Below, in pieces: positions 47,707 to 58,108 of a stretch of 64,000 nucleotides of DNA. The translations under genes were made by a program, and so were the position numbers. The number at the start of each line of letters is the position of its first letter. Position 1 is the stretch's first letter. The notes beneath the pieces are model-generated. The model had not been told where the DNA came from. It saw only the letters and a program-made list of their open reading frames with translations, and did no database searches. This stretch comes from an uncultured Acidobacteriota bacterium (GTDB taxonomy: Bacteria; Acidobacteriota; Thermoanaerobaculia; Multivoradales; JAGPDF01): contig CAVOXC010000017.1 of the NCBI GenBank assembly GCA_963700315.1, positions 28,062 to 92,061 on the forward strand. The letters run 5' to 3'.

Positions 47707-50412
47707 ATGAGCTCGGATCTCGAGCAACTCGAATCGCTCTGCGGCTTGCCGAGGCGTGGTCGCGCCGAGTGGAGCGTCCGTCGTGAGGACGGGGGCTTCT
47801 CGTTCGACCTCGAGTTGCTCGGCGAGCGCATCGTGCTCGTGCGCGCGACGGGCAAAGCCGATCTCGCGGACGCGGAGCGAGTCCTCGAGATCGCGATCAC
47901 GGCGGTCGACTCGCAACTCCCGCCGCCGCTGACCTATGTCACCGTGCTCGACTTCGGCGCCTTTCGCGGCGCCACCAGGCGCGCGCGAAGTCACTTCATT
48001 CGGCGCATCTCCGTCCGTTCGAGGATGACCGGCCTGATCTTCTGCGAGCTCTCGCCGCTGCTCGGGATGATGGTCGGCTTGGGCGCTCGCCTCGGGGTTC
48101 TGAAGGGGCGCCTGTTCGTCGTCGCGTCCCTGGCGCAGGCGGTCGCCCTCGCCCAGGAGCTGCTCGGTCCGGGGGCCGGCAAGAAATCCCCGCTCGCCGC
48201 CGCCGCCGCGATGGACGGGGCGCCGCGAACCGACGGGGCGCCGGAGGTCGCGGCACGTGCTCGTGCGGATCCGATCTGGCGACGCGACTTGGCGGGACTC
48301 TCGATCCAGTACGAGGTCATCGACGGGCGCATCCTGCATACCCGCGCCATCGGCTTCTTGAGGTTCGAGCACGTCGATCAGCTGACGACGCACCGCTTGG
48401 AGGTCCTCGAAGCTCTTGGCGGACCGCGCCACATCGACTATCTCGTCGCGGATCTGAGCGGCATGGCCGGCGCGAGCCGAAGGGCGCGCAGGCGCTATAT
48501 GGAATCGCTCGAGACCTGGAACGCCGAGCGACCGTTGCGGGCCTACATCGCCTACGGCGCGGGGGCGGTCGTCGGCGCGGCGTTCAATCTGGCCCGCCTG
48601 ACCATGCCCTTCGCCGTGCGAACCACCTCGGACCTGCCACACGCCCTCGAGCTGATCGACGAGATGGAGGGACGAGCCGTTCGGCGCCGCCGTCGCCGCT
48701 CCTTGCTGAGCCGGTTCGGGCTCGGGCCGAGACGCCCGGCGAACCGCCCGACGATCGAGCAAGAAGTCGATGACGTTCTTCAGTTCATCAGTACCATCCG
48801 CTGGGACGCCGACGGCACTCCCGGGCGCGCACCGGTGCCGCCGGACCACCCCTTTGCGCTCGTGTTCGACGCCATCCGTCTCGTCAAGTGGGAGCTCGAC
48901 GAGCTGGCCGGCGAGCGCCGGCTCGCCCTCGACGCCGTACGTCGCGGCAGCATGCAGCAGCGCGCTCTCGTCGAGCACATTCCGGACGCGGTGGTGTTGC
49001 TCGATCCGAACGGAGCGATTCTGCTCGAGAACGAGACCGCCCGGCGGCTCCTGCCCCCGCTGCAGGAAACCGATGCCCTCGGCCGCGTCGTGGCGGTGGC
49101 CGGGGTCGAGCTGGCAGAGCTCGACGAGACCGGAGGCGCGCCACGCTGGCGCGAGCTGACACTCGATGGCCCGCCGCAACGCGTTCTCGAGCTCGCCGGC
49201 GTCGCCCTCGAAGACGGCTCTCGCGTCGTGCTCGTGCGCGAGGTCACGCGCGAGCGCGACGCGCAACGACAGCTGGCGCAGCAGGAGCGTCTGGCCGCCG
49301 TGGGACAGCTCGCCGCGGGTATCGCCCACGACTTCAACAATCTCCTGCAAGTGATCACGTCGAGCGCCGAGCTGCTGCTCGACGGCTCGGATCCTGCCGC
49401 GAGCGAAGAGCTCGTCCGGACGATCCGCACCCAATGCGAACGCGGCAGCAAGCTGATCCGGCAGATCCTCGACTTCGGTCGCCGTTCGATCTCGCGGCGA
49501 AGTCGAATCGATCTCGGGCGGGTCCTCGACGAGACCGTCGCGCTGTTGGTCAGAACGCTGCCGGAATCGATCGTGATTGCGATCGATTCGTCGCAGGGGC
49601 CCTTTCCGATTCTCGGCGATTCGGCGCAGCTGCAACAGGTGCTGACCAACCTGTCACTCAACGCCCGCGACGCGATGCCCGAGGGCGGGCGATTGACGTT
49701 CTCCTGCTCGCGTCGAGTCGTCTCGGATTCGAGCGAGGCGCCTGTGCGCGACATGCCTCCGGGACGCTGGATCGAGTTCAGCGCCGCGGACACCGGGAGC
49801 GGCATTCCGCACAGCCAGCTGGCACGCGTCTTCGAGCCCTTCTTCACCACCAAGCAGCCGGGCGCCGGTAGCGGCCTCGGCCTGTCGCAGGTGTACGGCA
49901 TCGTCAGCCAGCACGAAGGCTTCGTGCGCTGCTCGAACCGGCCGACGGGCGGCGCGGTCTTCAGCATCTTCCTGCCGTCGATCTCGGACGAACCCTCCGC
50001 GGAGATGGCCGAGGCCGCGGCGACAGTGGATCGCGGCGCGGGACAGACGATCCTGCTCGTCGAAGACGACGAGGCGGTGATGCGGCTCACCAGGCGATCG
50101 CTCGAAGGCCTCGGCTATCGGGTGATCGACGCCGCGAACGGAGCCCGCGCTCTCGAGCTGCTGGACGCGACCGAGCAGGCGGTCGATCTCGTCATCTCCG
50201 ACGTCGTCATGCCCGAGATGGGGGGCTTTCAACTGCAGGAACGGCTACGCGCCCGCTCTCTCTCCGTGCGGATGCTGTTGATGAGCGGCTATCCGCTCGG
50301 CGAGGAGCTGCGGGAGCGCGACCTCGGCGCCGACGTCGCCTGGTTGGGCAAGCCCTTTTCGCGTGCCGAGTTGTCGCGGGCGGTCGCCGAGCTGCTCGCC
50401 CGAGCGACCTGA
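47707..50412 (+). CDS. Hybrid sensor histidine kinase / response regulator with N-terminal duplicated STAS-like regulatory modules
   Basis: Start MSSDLEQLESL (codon 47 of ORF 47569..50412). HisKA H-box [15 protein letters not shown]. HATPase N/G boxes (LNARDAMPEGGRL; DTGSGIP; GLGLSQVYG). C-terminal REC domain (ILLVEDDEAVMRL...VISDVVMPEMGG...WLGKPF). Confidence 0.8.
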   Translation: MSSDLEQLESLCGLPRRGRAEWSVRREDGGFSFDLELLGERIVLVRATGKADLADAERVLEIAITAVDSQLPPPLTYVTVLDFGAFRGATRRARSHFIRRISVRSRMTGLIFCELSPLLGMMVGLGARLGVLKGRLFVVASLAQAVALAQELLGPGAGKKSPLAAAAAMDGAPRTDGAPEVAARARADPIWRRDLAGLSIQYEVIDGRILHTRAIGFLRFEHVDQLTTHRLEVLEALGGPRHIDYLVADLSGMAGASRRARRRYMESLETWNAERPLRAYIAYGAGAVVGAAFNLARLTMPFAVRTTSDLPHALELIDEMEGRAVRRRRRRSLLSRFGLGPRRPANRPTIEQEVDDVLQFISTIRWDADGTPGRAPVPPDHPFALVFDAIRLVKWELDELAGERRLALDAVRRGSMQQRALVEHIPDAVVLLDPNGAILLENETARRLLPPLQETDALGRVVAVAGVELAELDETGGAPRWRELTLDGPPQRVLELAGVALEDGSRVVLVREVTRERDAQRQLAQQERLAAVGQLAAGIAHDFNNLLQVITSSAELLLDGSDPAASEELVRTIRTQCERGSKLIRQILDFGRRSISRRSRIDLGRVLDETVALLVRTLPESIVIAIDSSQGPFPILGDSAQLQQVLTNLSLNARDAMPEGGRLTFSCSRRVVSDSSEAPVRDMPPGRWIEFSAADTGSGIPHSQLARVFEPFFTTKQPGAGSGLGLSQVYGIVSQHEGFVRCSNRPTGGAVFSIFLPSISDEPSAEMAEAAATVDRGAGQTILLVEDDEAVMRLTRRSLEGLGYRVIDAANGARALELLDATEQAVDLVISDVVMPEMGGFQLQERLRARSLSVRMLLMSGYPLGEELRERDLGADVAWLGKPFSRAELSRAVAELLARAT

Positions 50413-50608
50413 GCCCATACCAGGAGGCTGTCAGCCTGCACTCCCCCCGCTGTCATCCTGAACGAAGTGAAGGATGTCGCGCCCTCGGCTGAAGAAGCGA
50501 GGGCGGAGCCTCCGCGCCGAGCACGCAAGGTCCTTCGCTGCGCTCAGGACGACATGGGTGGCGCCCGGGGCCGCTCCGCTTCAGCGGGACGGTGTCCGGC
50601 GCGCATGA

Positions 50609-52834
50609 CTACAGCCAGCGCCGCCAGAACTCGACCATCAGCTTGTAGAGGTGACGGCGGGCGGCGCGGTCGGCGATGCCATGTTTGCGCATCGGGTAGA
50701 GCATCATGTCGAAGGGTATGTCCGCCTCGATCAACGCGTCGGCGAAGCGCAGGGTGTTCTGGGGGTGGACGTTGTCGTCGTAGGTGCCATGGACGATGAG
50801 GAGCCGGCCATGCAGGTCCTTGGCGCGTTCGACCAGCGAGACCTCGTCGTACCCGTCGGGATTCTCCGCCGGCGTCTTCATGTAGGGCTCGGTGTACTTG
50901 GTGTCGTAGGTTCGACGGTCGGAGGCCGGAGCGACGGCGATGCCCGCCTTGAGCTCCTCGGATCGGCTCAACATCAGGAGTGTCGTGGTGCCGCCGCCGC
51001 TCCACCCCCACATGCCGACCCGCTCCGGGTCGATCCATGGCTGGCTCTTGAACCAGCGAATGCCCGCCGTGAGGTCGGCGACCTCGATCGGCCCCGAGAC
51101 CTGTTTCAAGATCAGGTTCTCCATCGCCTTGGTCTCGGCGGTGGCGACCCGCGAGTCGATCGTCGCGACGAGATAGCCCGCGTCGAGCAGGATCTGCTCG
51201 TAGAGCGCGCTCCCGGGCGGCGGCCAGAGGCGCCAGTTGTCCATCACCGCCGGCGCGTTGGGCTCGCCGTAGACATAGACGATCAACGGGTAGCGGCGCG
51301 CCGGGTCGAAGTCGCGCGGCTTGTAGAGGCGGGCCTGGAGCGGATGGCCGTCGGCGGCGGGAAGGGTGAGGAGCTCCGGCAGCTGGAGGTCGAGCTCCGC
51401 GAGCGTCGCGGCCGGAACCTCCGAGAGCGTCGCGCGCCGGGCGCCCGCGGCGTCGTGGAGCGAGAGCGACGGCGGCCGGTCGTGGCTCGAGTGCCAGTCG
51501 AGGTAGAAGCGACGGTCGTCGCTCCAGCGCACCTGGTGAACGCCAGGCTCGGTGGAGACTCTGGCGAGCCCCGCGCCGTCGAGACCGACGCGGTAGAGCT
51601 GGATCTGCGTCGGGTCGGGGCGGCGCGCGGTGAAGTAGGCGAAGCCGTTGGCCTCGTCGAGCGTGGTGGCGATCGTCGCGCCCTGCCAGGCGGCCGTGCC
51701 GCGGATCGACCAGTCGCCGCGCGTGATCGCTCCGAGGCGCGCGCCCTCGAGTGAGTAGCGGTAGAGGTGGTTGTGGCCGTCGGACTGCGAAGTGGCGACG
51801 AGCTGCTCGCCGCCGGCCAGGAAGTGGAAGTCGATCAGGTTGACCCAGGCCGGATCGGTTGCGGCAAGGACGCGGCGTGCGCCGCCCGCGCGGTCGACGC
51901 GGTAGAGGTCGGCGCGGTCCTGCGCGCGGTTGAGCGCCACGACGCCGAGCGCGCTGCTGTCCTCGAGCCACTCGATCTGGACCAGATACTCGTAGGGGAC
52001 GACGGAGGGGTCGAGCCATCGGGTTCGATTCGCCGCGACGTCGTGGATTCCGAGCTTCACCAGTGGGTTGGCGCCGCCCACCGTGGGATAGCGCTGCTCG
52101 ATCACCCGCGGCGTCGCCGGCTCGATGTCGACGAAGGTCGAGATCGCGACCGGCGACTCGTCGGTGCGCAGGAAGGCGAGCGCGCTCGAGTCGGGCGCCC
52201 AGCGGATGCCCCCTTCGGCCCGGCTGAAGATCTCCTCCCAGTAGACCCAGGAGAGCGTGCCGTTGAGGACGCTGTCCGAGCCGTCCGAGGTCATGCGGCT
52301 CTCTTCGCCGGTCGTGAGGTCGAGCAGCCAGATGTCGTTGGCGCGCACGAAGGCGAGCCGGGAGCCGTCGGGGGCGAGTCGCGGCAGCGACTCCTCGGCC
52401 TCGGTGCGAGTGAGCCGCTCGAAGCGCGAGGAGCCGAAGCGCAGGAGGTAGAGGTCGCCGGCGAAGACGTAGGCGGCCGTTCGCCCGGCGCGGTCGAGGC
52501 TCTCCGGCCACTCGAGGGAGTCGGGGGCGTCCGCCGCGCCGAGCTCCTCGACGAGGCTCGCCAGCGCGGCGGGGGCGTCCACCGCGCGCGTGCGCTTCAG
52601 CGTGACCGGATCGAAGCGCTCGAGAGTCCGGTCGGCGGCGGGCGGCGCGAGATCGAGCAGCAGGATGCCACCGTCCGCGGTCCAGACCGCCTCGCTCGGC
52701 CGCCCCATCGCCTCACCGTCGTCGCTGAAGAGCCAGTCGACGGTGATCTCGGTCGGCGCCGGGGCGGGCGCTGGCGCGGCCGAGAGCACCGCTGGCAGGA
52801 CGAGGGTGGCGCACACCAGGGGAATCGATCTCAT
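50609..52834 (-). CDS. S9-family serine peptidase, dipeptidyl-peptidase IV-like (N-terminal beta-propeller + catalytic alpha/beta domain), secreted
   Basis: Start MRSIPLVCATLVLPAVLSAAPAPA (signal; codon 34 of ORF 50609..52933, which the track begins at a GTG). The propeller region has DPPIV-like repeats. Catalytic domain: GMWGWSGGGTTTLLML (GxSxG) ...LLIVHGTYDDNVHPQNT...MMLYPMRKHG (Asp/His). Confidence 0.85.
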   Translation of the reverse strand: MRSIPLVCATLVLPAVLSAAPAPAPAPTEITVDWLFSDDGEAMGRPSEAVWTADGGILLLDLAPPAADRTLERFDPVTLKRTRAVDAPAALASLVEELGAADAPDSLEWPESLDRAGRTAAYVFAGDLYLLRFGSSRFERLTRTEAEESLPRLAPDGSRLAFVRANDIWLLDLTTGEESRMTSDGSDSVLNGTLSWVYWEEIFSRAEGGIRWAPDSSALAFLRTDESPVAISTFVDIEPATPRVIEQRYPTVGGANPLVKLGIHDVAANRTRWLDPSVVPYEYLVQIEWLEDSSALGVVALNRAQDRADLYRVDRAGGARRVLAATDPAWVNLIDFHFLAGGEQLVATSQSDGHNHLYRYSLEGARLGAITRGDWSIRGTAAWQGATIATTLDEANGFAYFTARRPDPTQIQLYRVGLDGAGLARVSTEPGVHQVRWSDDRRFYLDWHSSHDRPPSLSLHDAAGARRATLSEVPAATLAELDLQLPELLTLPAADGHPLQARLYKPRDFDPARRYPLIVYVYGEPNAPAVMDNWRLWPPPGSALYEQILLDAGYLVATIDSRVATAETKAMENLILKQVSGPIEVADLTAGIRWFKSQPWIDPERVGMWGWSGGGTTTLLMLSRSEELKAGIAVAPASDRRTYDTKYTEPYMKTPAENPDGYDEVSLVERAKDLHGRLLIVHGTYDDNVHPQNTLRFADALIEADIPFDMMLYPMRKHGIADRAARRHLYKLMVEFWRRWL

Positions 52835-52958
52835 GGGAACCTCCGAACGGAATGATAGGCGGTCGCCGCGGCGGCCGCCGGTGCCGTCGCCAGGTGGGGC
52901 GCGGCTGAGTGCATCTGTTAGAATCCGCTGCACTTCGAAGGATCACAAGGAGACGTTC

Positions 52959-54236
52959 ATGCGCTCGGTTCTCAGCTTGTCGTTCGCCGCCATCGTGACT
53001 CTGGCCCCCGCCGCGGGCGCGGACTGCCTCTTTGTCAACAACAACGACGACCCGAACAGCGTGAGCGCCTTCGCCGTCGGCGCGGGCGGCGTCCTGACGC
53101 CGGCGCCGGGCTCGCCCTTCGCCACCGGTGACAGCAGCGATTTCCGGGCCCATGTCGATAGCTTGGCGCTACTGCCCGGCGGCGCTCGCCTGTACGCCTC
53201 GAATGCCCCGCAAGGGGGCGACGCTCCCGCCGGGCGCTCGCGGACGGCTGGCGAGGCGCCGAGCGGCGGCGGCGGGATCGCCGGCTCGGTTTCGGGCTTC
53301 GACATCGGCGCGGACTGCTCGCTGACGTCGATCGCCGGCTCGCCCTGGACGGCGGGGTCGAGCCCGACCGGCGTCGCCATCGATCCGGCCGGAAGCCGCC
53401 TCTACGTCGCGAACTTCGACGACGACACGATCTCGGTCTTCTCGATCGATGCGGGCGGCGCCCTCGCACCGCTCGCTTTCTCGCCGATCGCGACCCCCGA
53501 GAGCCCGTTCGATCTCGAGTTCTCCCCCGACGGCGGCCGGCTCTTCGTGAGCCAGGATTTCGCCGATGCGGTGAGCGTCTACGACGTGGCGGGTGACGGC
53601 AGTCTGACCGCGGTGGCGGGCTCGCCTTTCGCCGCGGGGGGTACCGAGCACGGTCTGGGGCTCGATCCCTCCGGATCCCGCAGCTACATTTCGGACCTGA
53701 ATCCGAACACGATCAGCGGCTATTCGATCGGTGGCGGGGGAGCCTTGACGCCCCTCGGAGGCTCGCCCTTCGGGGCGGGTGAGGTGATCGAGGTGCTGGT
53801 CGCGCCGGGTGGCGGCTACCTCTTCGCGTCGAACAACGAGGACAATACGATCGGCGCCTATTCGGTGGATGGCGGCGGGGCGTTGGCGCAGGTCGCGGGC
53901 TCGCCGTTCGGTTCCGACGGAACCGGCCCCGCGGGTCTCGCTACGGATCCGACCGGAACCTACCTGTTCGTCTCCTACGGCGGTTTCGGCGGCAGCAACG
54001 ATGTTGGCGTCTACGCGATCGGCGCGGGCGGCGGCATCACGCCGATCACCGGCTCGCCCTTCGCCACCGGCGGGATCACGGGCGGCGCGATGGGGATCGC
54101 CTACTACGACTCGTCGGTCTTCTCCCCGGTGACCTGGGTCGACGTCCCCGCGCTCGGTCCGGCCGGCCTGGCGATCCTCGCGGGCCTGCTCGCCCTCGCC
54201 TCGGCGTTCGCCCTGCGCCGGCGCGCGCGCGCCTGA
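52959..54236 (+). CDS. 7-bladed beta-propeller lactonase-like protein with a C-terminal PEP-CTERM-like sorting signal
   Basis: RBS CAAGGAGA then MRSVLSLSFAAIVTLAPAAGADC (signal). Repeated blades (LYVANFDDDTISVFSID.GGAL; LFVSQDFADAVSVYDV.GDGSL; SYISDLNPNTISGYSIGGGGAL; LFASNNEDNTIGAYSVDGGGAL). The C-terminus VPALGPAGLAILAGLLALASAFALRRRARA is a short motif, then a TM helix, then an Arg cluster. Confidence 0.75.
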   Translation: MRSVLSLSFAAIVTLAPAAGADCLFVNNNDDPNSVSAFAVGAGGVLTPAPGSPFATGDSSDFRAHVDSLALLPGGARLYASNAPQGGDAPAGRSRTAGEAPSGGGGIAGSVSGFDIGADCSLTSIAGSPWTAGSSPTGVAIDPAGSRLYVANFDDDTISVFSIDAGGALAPLAFSPIATPESPFDLEFSPDGGRLFVSQDFADAVSVYDVAGDGSLTAVAGSPFAAGGTEHGLGLDPSGSRSYISDLNPNTISGYSIGGGGALTPLGGSPFGAGEVIEVLVAPGGGYLFASNNEDNTIGAYSVDGGGALAQVAGSPFGSDGTGPAGLATDPTGTYLFVSYGGFGGSNDVGVYAIGAGGGITPITGSPFATGGITGGAMGIAYYDSSVFSPVTWVDVPALGPAGLAILAGLLALASAFALRRRARA

Positions 54237-54739
54237 CGGCGGTCGGCCGCTTCCAGCACGGCGGCGTCTTCTTCTTCGTGAGCAACAACGGCACCGGCAC
54301 GCTCACGATCGACGACACCTACACCTGGAGCTGCCCGAGCGACGGCTTCTGGACCGACCCCCTATCCCTGGCTCTTCGACCTCGGCCTCGGCCCGCCCGT
54401 GGTCATCGGCTCCGGGCCGGCGGCCTTCTCGTCGTCGATGGCGCCGAGGCCACGTTCACGCTCACTCAAGAGCAGAAGAACGAGAACGGCTCGAGCAGCT
54501 CCGTGCAGGCGCGGAGGCTTCTGATCGAAGGGAAGGGCTGCCTGATCACCGATTGACAGGCGCCTCATGGACGCTGATCGTTCTAGAATCGGCGCCATGT
54601 CCGTCGACCCGGAAGTCCTGGCGGCCGCGGCTCCGTGGGGATTCCGAACATCCCCGGGACCCGTTCGCCATCGCTTCGCACGCGTCGCGGATGCTCACGG
54701 GGACAACGTGGCGGGTCCCTCGTGAGCACCCACGATGCG

Positions 54740-55866
54740 ATGAGCTTCGCGACGCAGCTCGACTTCCTGCCGCTGCCGCAGGTGCTGCAGCAGCTTGCCG
54801 CCAATCGCGTCAGCGCCAAGGTGACCGTGACCCGGCGCGAGGGCGAGGGGATGATCCTCCTGCGCAATGGGAAGATCATCTACGCCGCCACCAACAGCGC
54901 GCGCGAGGCGGTCGGCAACCTCTTGCTGACCCAGGGCCTGATCACGGCCTCGGCCCTGCAGGAAGCGCTCGAGATCCAGGGGCGGTCGAAGAGCGACCGG
55001 CGGCTCGGCGCCATCCTGATCGAGCTCGGCGCTGTCGATCCGGCGGACGTCGAGAGCGTCGTGCGGGCGCAGGTTGAGCGGGTGCTGCACGAGCTCTTCC
55101 AGTGGGGCCACGGCTTCGTCAAGGTCCGGCCGATGACGATCGAGGACGGAGGCGAGGTCGAGGTCGATGCCGGCGACCTCGTCGTCCCGGAGGGAATGCC
55201 GGTCGACAAAGTGATTCTCGACGCCCTCGCGCAGGGCATCGACAGGCTCAAGACTCCTCCTTTCGCGGTTTTCGACGGCGACGCCGCCGGCGGCGTCAAG
55301 GCCCTCGAGCCAGCGGCTCTCGACGCGGCTGGCGGCGACCGCCCCATCAGCCTGCGCGAGGTGCTGCACGAGATCCGCACGACCACATTCACCGGGGAGG
55401 TCTCGCTCCATATCTTGCGGTTCGCCGCGCGTTTCTTCGCGCGCGGCGTCCTCTTCGCCCATGGCCCCGGCGAGCTCTATGGCATGGGTCACTTCGGTCT
55501 CCCGAGCGCCACGAGCGAGCGCAGAAAGTCCGCTCGTTGCGCATTCCCAACCAGGATCCCTCGGTGCTACTGGAAGCGCTCGAGCTCAGGGCCACGTACC
55601 GGGGACGCCTCGAAGAGAGATACTGGAACCTCGAGCTCGTGCGGGCGATGGGCGGGACGCTCCCCCAGGAGGTCGCCGCGCTGCCCATGATGGTCGCGGA
55701 CCGGGTCGTCCTCGTCCTCTACGGCGACGACGCCGGTGGCGAGAAGCCGATTCCCGACCTCGGCGAGCTCGAGCTGGTCCTGGACCAGAGCGGGCTCGCG
55801 CTGGAGAAAGTCCGTTACGAAAAAGCGCTCCACGCGCTCGAGCAGCGAGTGGAAGGGACGAGCTGA
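54740..55866 (+). CDS. DUF4388 (PatA-N-like) domain protein. One frameshift near 55500
   Basis: MSFATQLDFLPLPQVLQQLAANRVSAKVTVTRREGEGMILLRNGKIIYAATN is the DUF4388 signature (codon 36 of ORF 54635..55690). The C-part continues in frame 55102..55866 (...VLLEALELRATYRGRLEERYWNLELVRAMGG...VVLVLYGDDAGGEKP...). Confidence 0.55.
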
Positions 55867-55953
55867 GACTCCTCCGCGCCGCATGCCCGCGAAGATTCGA
55901 GCGACGTTGGCAGGCGCGGAGGAGTGAGGGGCGGGAGGCCGACCGGGCGTCGC

Positions 55954-57004
55954 CTAGCGACTCGAACCGGTATCTCTCGGCCTCGTCACTCTAGCGGCGT
56001 CGAACTCGGGGTAGAGCTCGCCCATGCAGTCGGGGCAGATGCCGTGGCTGAAGGTCGCCTCGCTATGTTCCTCGATGTAGCGCTCGATCTGCTGCCAGTA
56101 GCCGGCGTCGTCGCGGACACTCTTGCAGTTGGCGCAGATCGGCAGGAAGCCGCGCAGGGTCTTCACCTCGGCGAAGGCGTGGCGGAGCTCTTCGATCAGT
56201 CGCTCGTTCTCCCGCTCGGCCTGCTTCCGGCGCTCGATCTCGAGCTGCGCCGAGCTCAGCTCGGCGCGGACCCTCCTCATCTCACCGAGAATCGCGAAGA
56301 CGGGCCGGTTCTCGATCTCCATGCCGACTCTCGACGTTTGCCAGCTCAGATAGAAATAGAGGAAGAAGAAGGCGAAGATCGAGATCGCGAACCGGCTGAG
56401 CAGCGTGCCGGTCATGATGCCGAGATAGCCGGGGCTGCCGGCGAATGCCCCGGTCGTGAAGAGCAGCACGTCCAGCCACATCACGCCGAGCAGGGTGAGG
56501 AAGGAGCGGGTCCAAAGCGGCATCCTGAGGCTCGACGCGCCCAGGAATTCCCAGGCGACAGCGAGAAAGACCAGGTCCGCGATCGTCGTCAGCACGGAGG
56601 CGATGTTGATGCGCAGGCTCGGCATCGCGCACGGAGCCGATTCCCGAGGCACCGGCGAGGCGGGTCTGGAGGTGAAGCGCGAGGGCGATCAGCGGCACCA
56701 GGGCCGAAACTCCGACCACGGTGGTGATGGCGATACGCGTCGCCCGTGGCCCGTCGAAGACGTAGACGACGAAGACGCCGAGCAGCAGCGAGGTGTAGAA
56801 GACCGTCGAGCCGACCATGAACGAGATGCCGGCGACCTCGACGGTGACCCCGGCGTCGGTGATCCAGGACATCACCGCGGTCAACCCGCCGAGCAGGGCG
56901 TAGAAGTAGGCCAGCCCCACCCGCGCTCGCATCGAATGAGCGGCGAGGACCAGGAAGTAGACGACCATCGCCTCGACGATGAGGACGAGCGGCGCTTGGT
57001 TCAT
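55954..57004 (-). CDS. Polytopic membrane protein with a C-terminal Cys4 zinc-ribbon-like domain. One frameshift near 56620
   Basis: The N-part in frame 56282..57088 from MNQAPLVLIVEAMVVYFLVLAAH has 4-5 TM helices. It continues in frame 55954..56652 with more TM helices, then a coiled coil (RRVRAELSSAQLEIERRKQAERENERLIEELRHA) and LPICANCKSVRDDAGYWQQIERYIEEHSEATFSHGICPDCMGELYPE. Confidence 0.5.
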
Positions 57005-57127
57005 CGGACCGCCATCTTGACCTCGGGGACCTCGGTTCCGAGTCAAAGTGCCGTCGAGCCTAGGTCCAGTTGCCGGCTCGGTCACCACCCCGCGGGTCGG
57101 GCGGAGCCGAGACGTCGACCGGCTGCC

Positions 57128-57625
57128 TCAGGAGCGATCGCGGTCCGCGAGGGTCTCGAGCAGCTCGGTTTGGATCGGGCGTTCGGCGTAGGAGCCGGCG
57201 GCGCGAATCCGCCCGGCAGCGTCGTCGCGGTCGAGACCGAGCCGAATCAGCACGCCCGCGGCGAAGGTGCCGGTGCGGCCGATGCCCGCGGCGCAGTGCA
57301 CGAGGAGCGCGCCGCCGGCGCGGAGCCGCGCCGCCGCCCGGTCGAGCACCTCGAGCAACGCCGACGAGTCCTCCGGAACGCCGAAGTTGATGATCGGCAG
57401 GCGCCAGACCTCGCACGGCGTCGTACTCCGCGCGAGCGCCTTCAGGTAGGCGGGAGAAACCTCCGCGATCTCCTCGTCTGGAACCAGGCAGACGATCGCC
57501 GAGATCGTCCGCCGCCGCGCCTCGGCCCAGCACGCTTCGAGCGGCTCGAAGCGGCCGGGCAGGCTGTGGAGATAGAGCTGGCCCGGGATCTCTGCGGGCA
57601 GCTCGACGCGGCGAAACGAAGTCAT
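57128..57625 (-). CDS. Dual-specificity / protein-tyrosine-phosphatase-like protein (CX5R P-loop)
   Basis: LLVHCAAGIGRTGTFAAGVLI contains HCxAGxGR(T/S)G. 165 aa, clean ORF. Confidence 0.75.
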   Translation of the reverse strand: MTSFRRVELPAEIPGQLYLHSLPGRFEPLEACWAEARRRTISAIVCLVPDEEIAEVSPAYLKALARSTTPCEVWRLPIINFGVPEDSSALLEVLDRAAARLRAGGALLVHCAAGIGRTGTFAAGVLIRLGLDRDDAAGRIRAAGSYAERPIQTELLETLADRDRS

Positions 57626-58108
57626 GGTGGCGATTCCAGGTCGAGCGTAGCACCGGCAAGCGCAGGTCGCGCCGGCCGCTCGGACGTTCCCGGAGATTCC
57701 TGGAGCAGGAGTGTCGCCTGTTTCCCCCGGTTGGCCCGGCGCAGAGCGGAAGCGCCGCTATACTGGGTCCTCGATTCGAGCGCGCTGACCGTCGAGCTGA
57801 GCGGCGGCACCACCCGGCACGCGGTGGTCGCGAGAGATGTCATCGTAAGCATGCGATTCGAGGAAGAGATGCGCCGATCTATCGAAGAGCGAAGGGGCGT
57901 CGGCCCGCCCGCGGTCGGACGAGTGATCCGGAGAGTCGGGCATGGAAGCACGGCGGGCGACTGGATAGGCGAGCTCGAGCGGCAGTTGTCCGGCGCGGTG
58001 GACTCGCGCTCGGAGCCGAGGTGGCCGTCGGACACGCCATTCGCCGTGACGATGCTGGACCACTCGCCGGTGGATTCGGGCACCGTCCCGACCAGAGCAT
58101 CCTGAAAC

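Noticed and set aside
54278-54556. 92-codon ORF just downstream of the lactonase gene (MSNNGTGTLTIDDTYTWSCPSDGFWTDP...)
   Set aside because: It could be a small real gene with frameshifts, since plausible fragments appear in two frames. But there is no domain, no signal and no clear start, and the reading decays into low complexity. Too weak to call.
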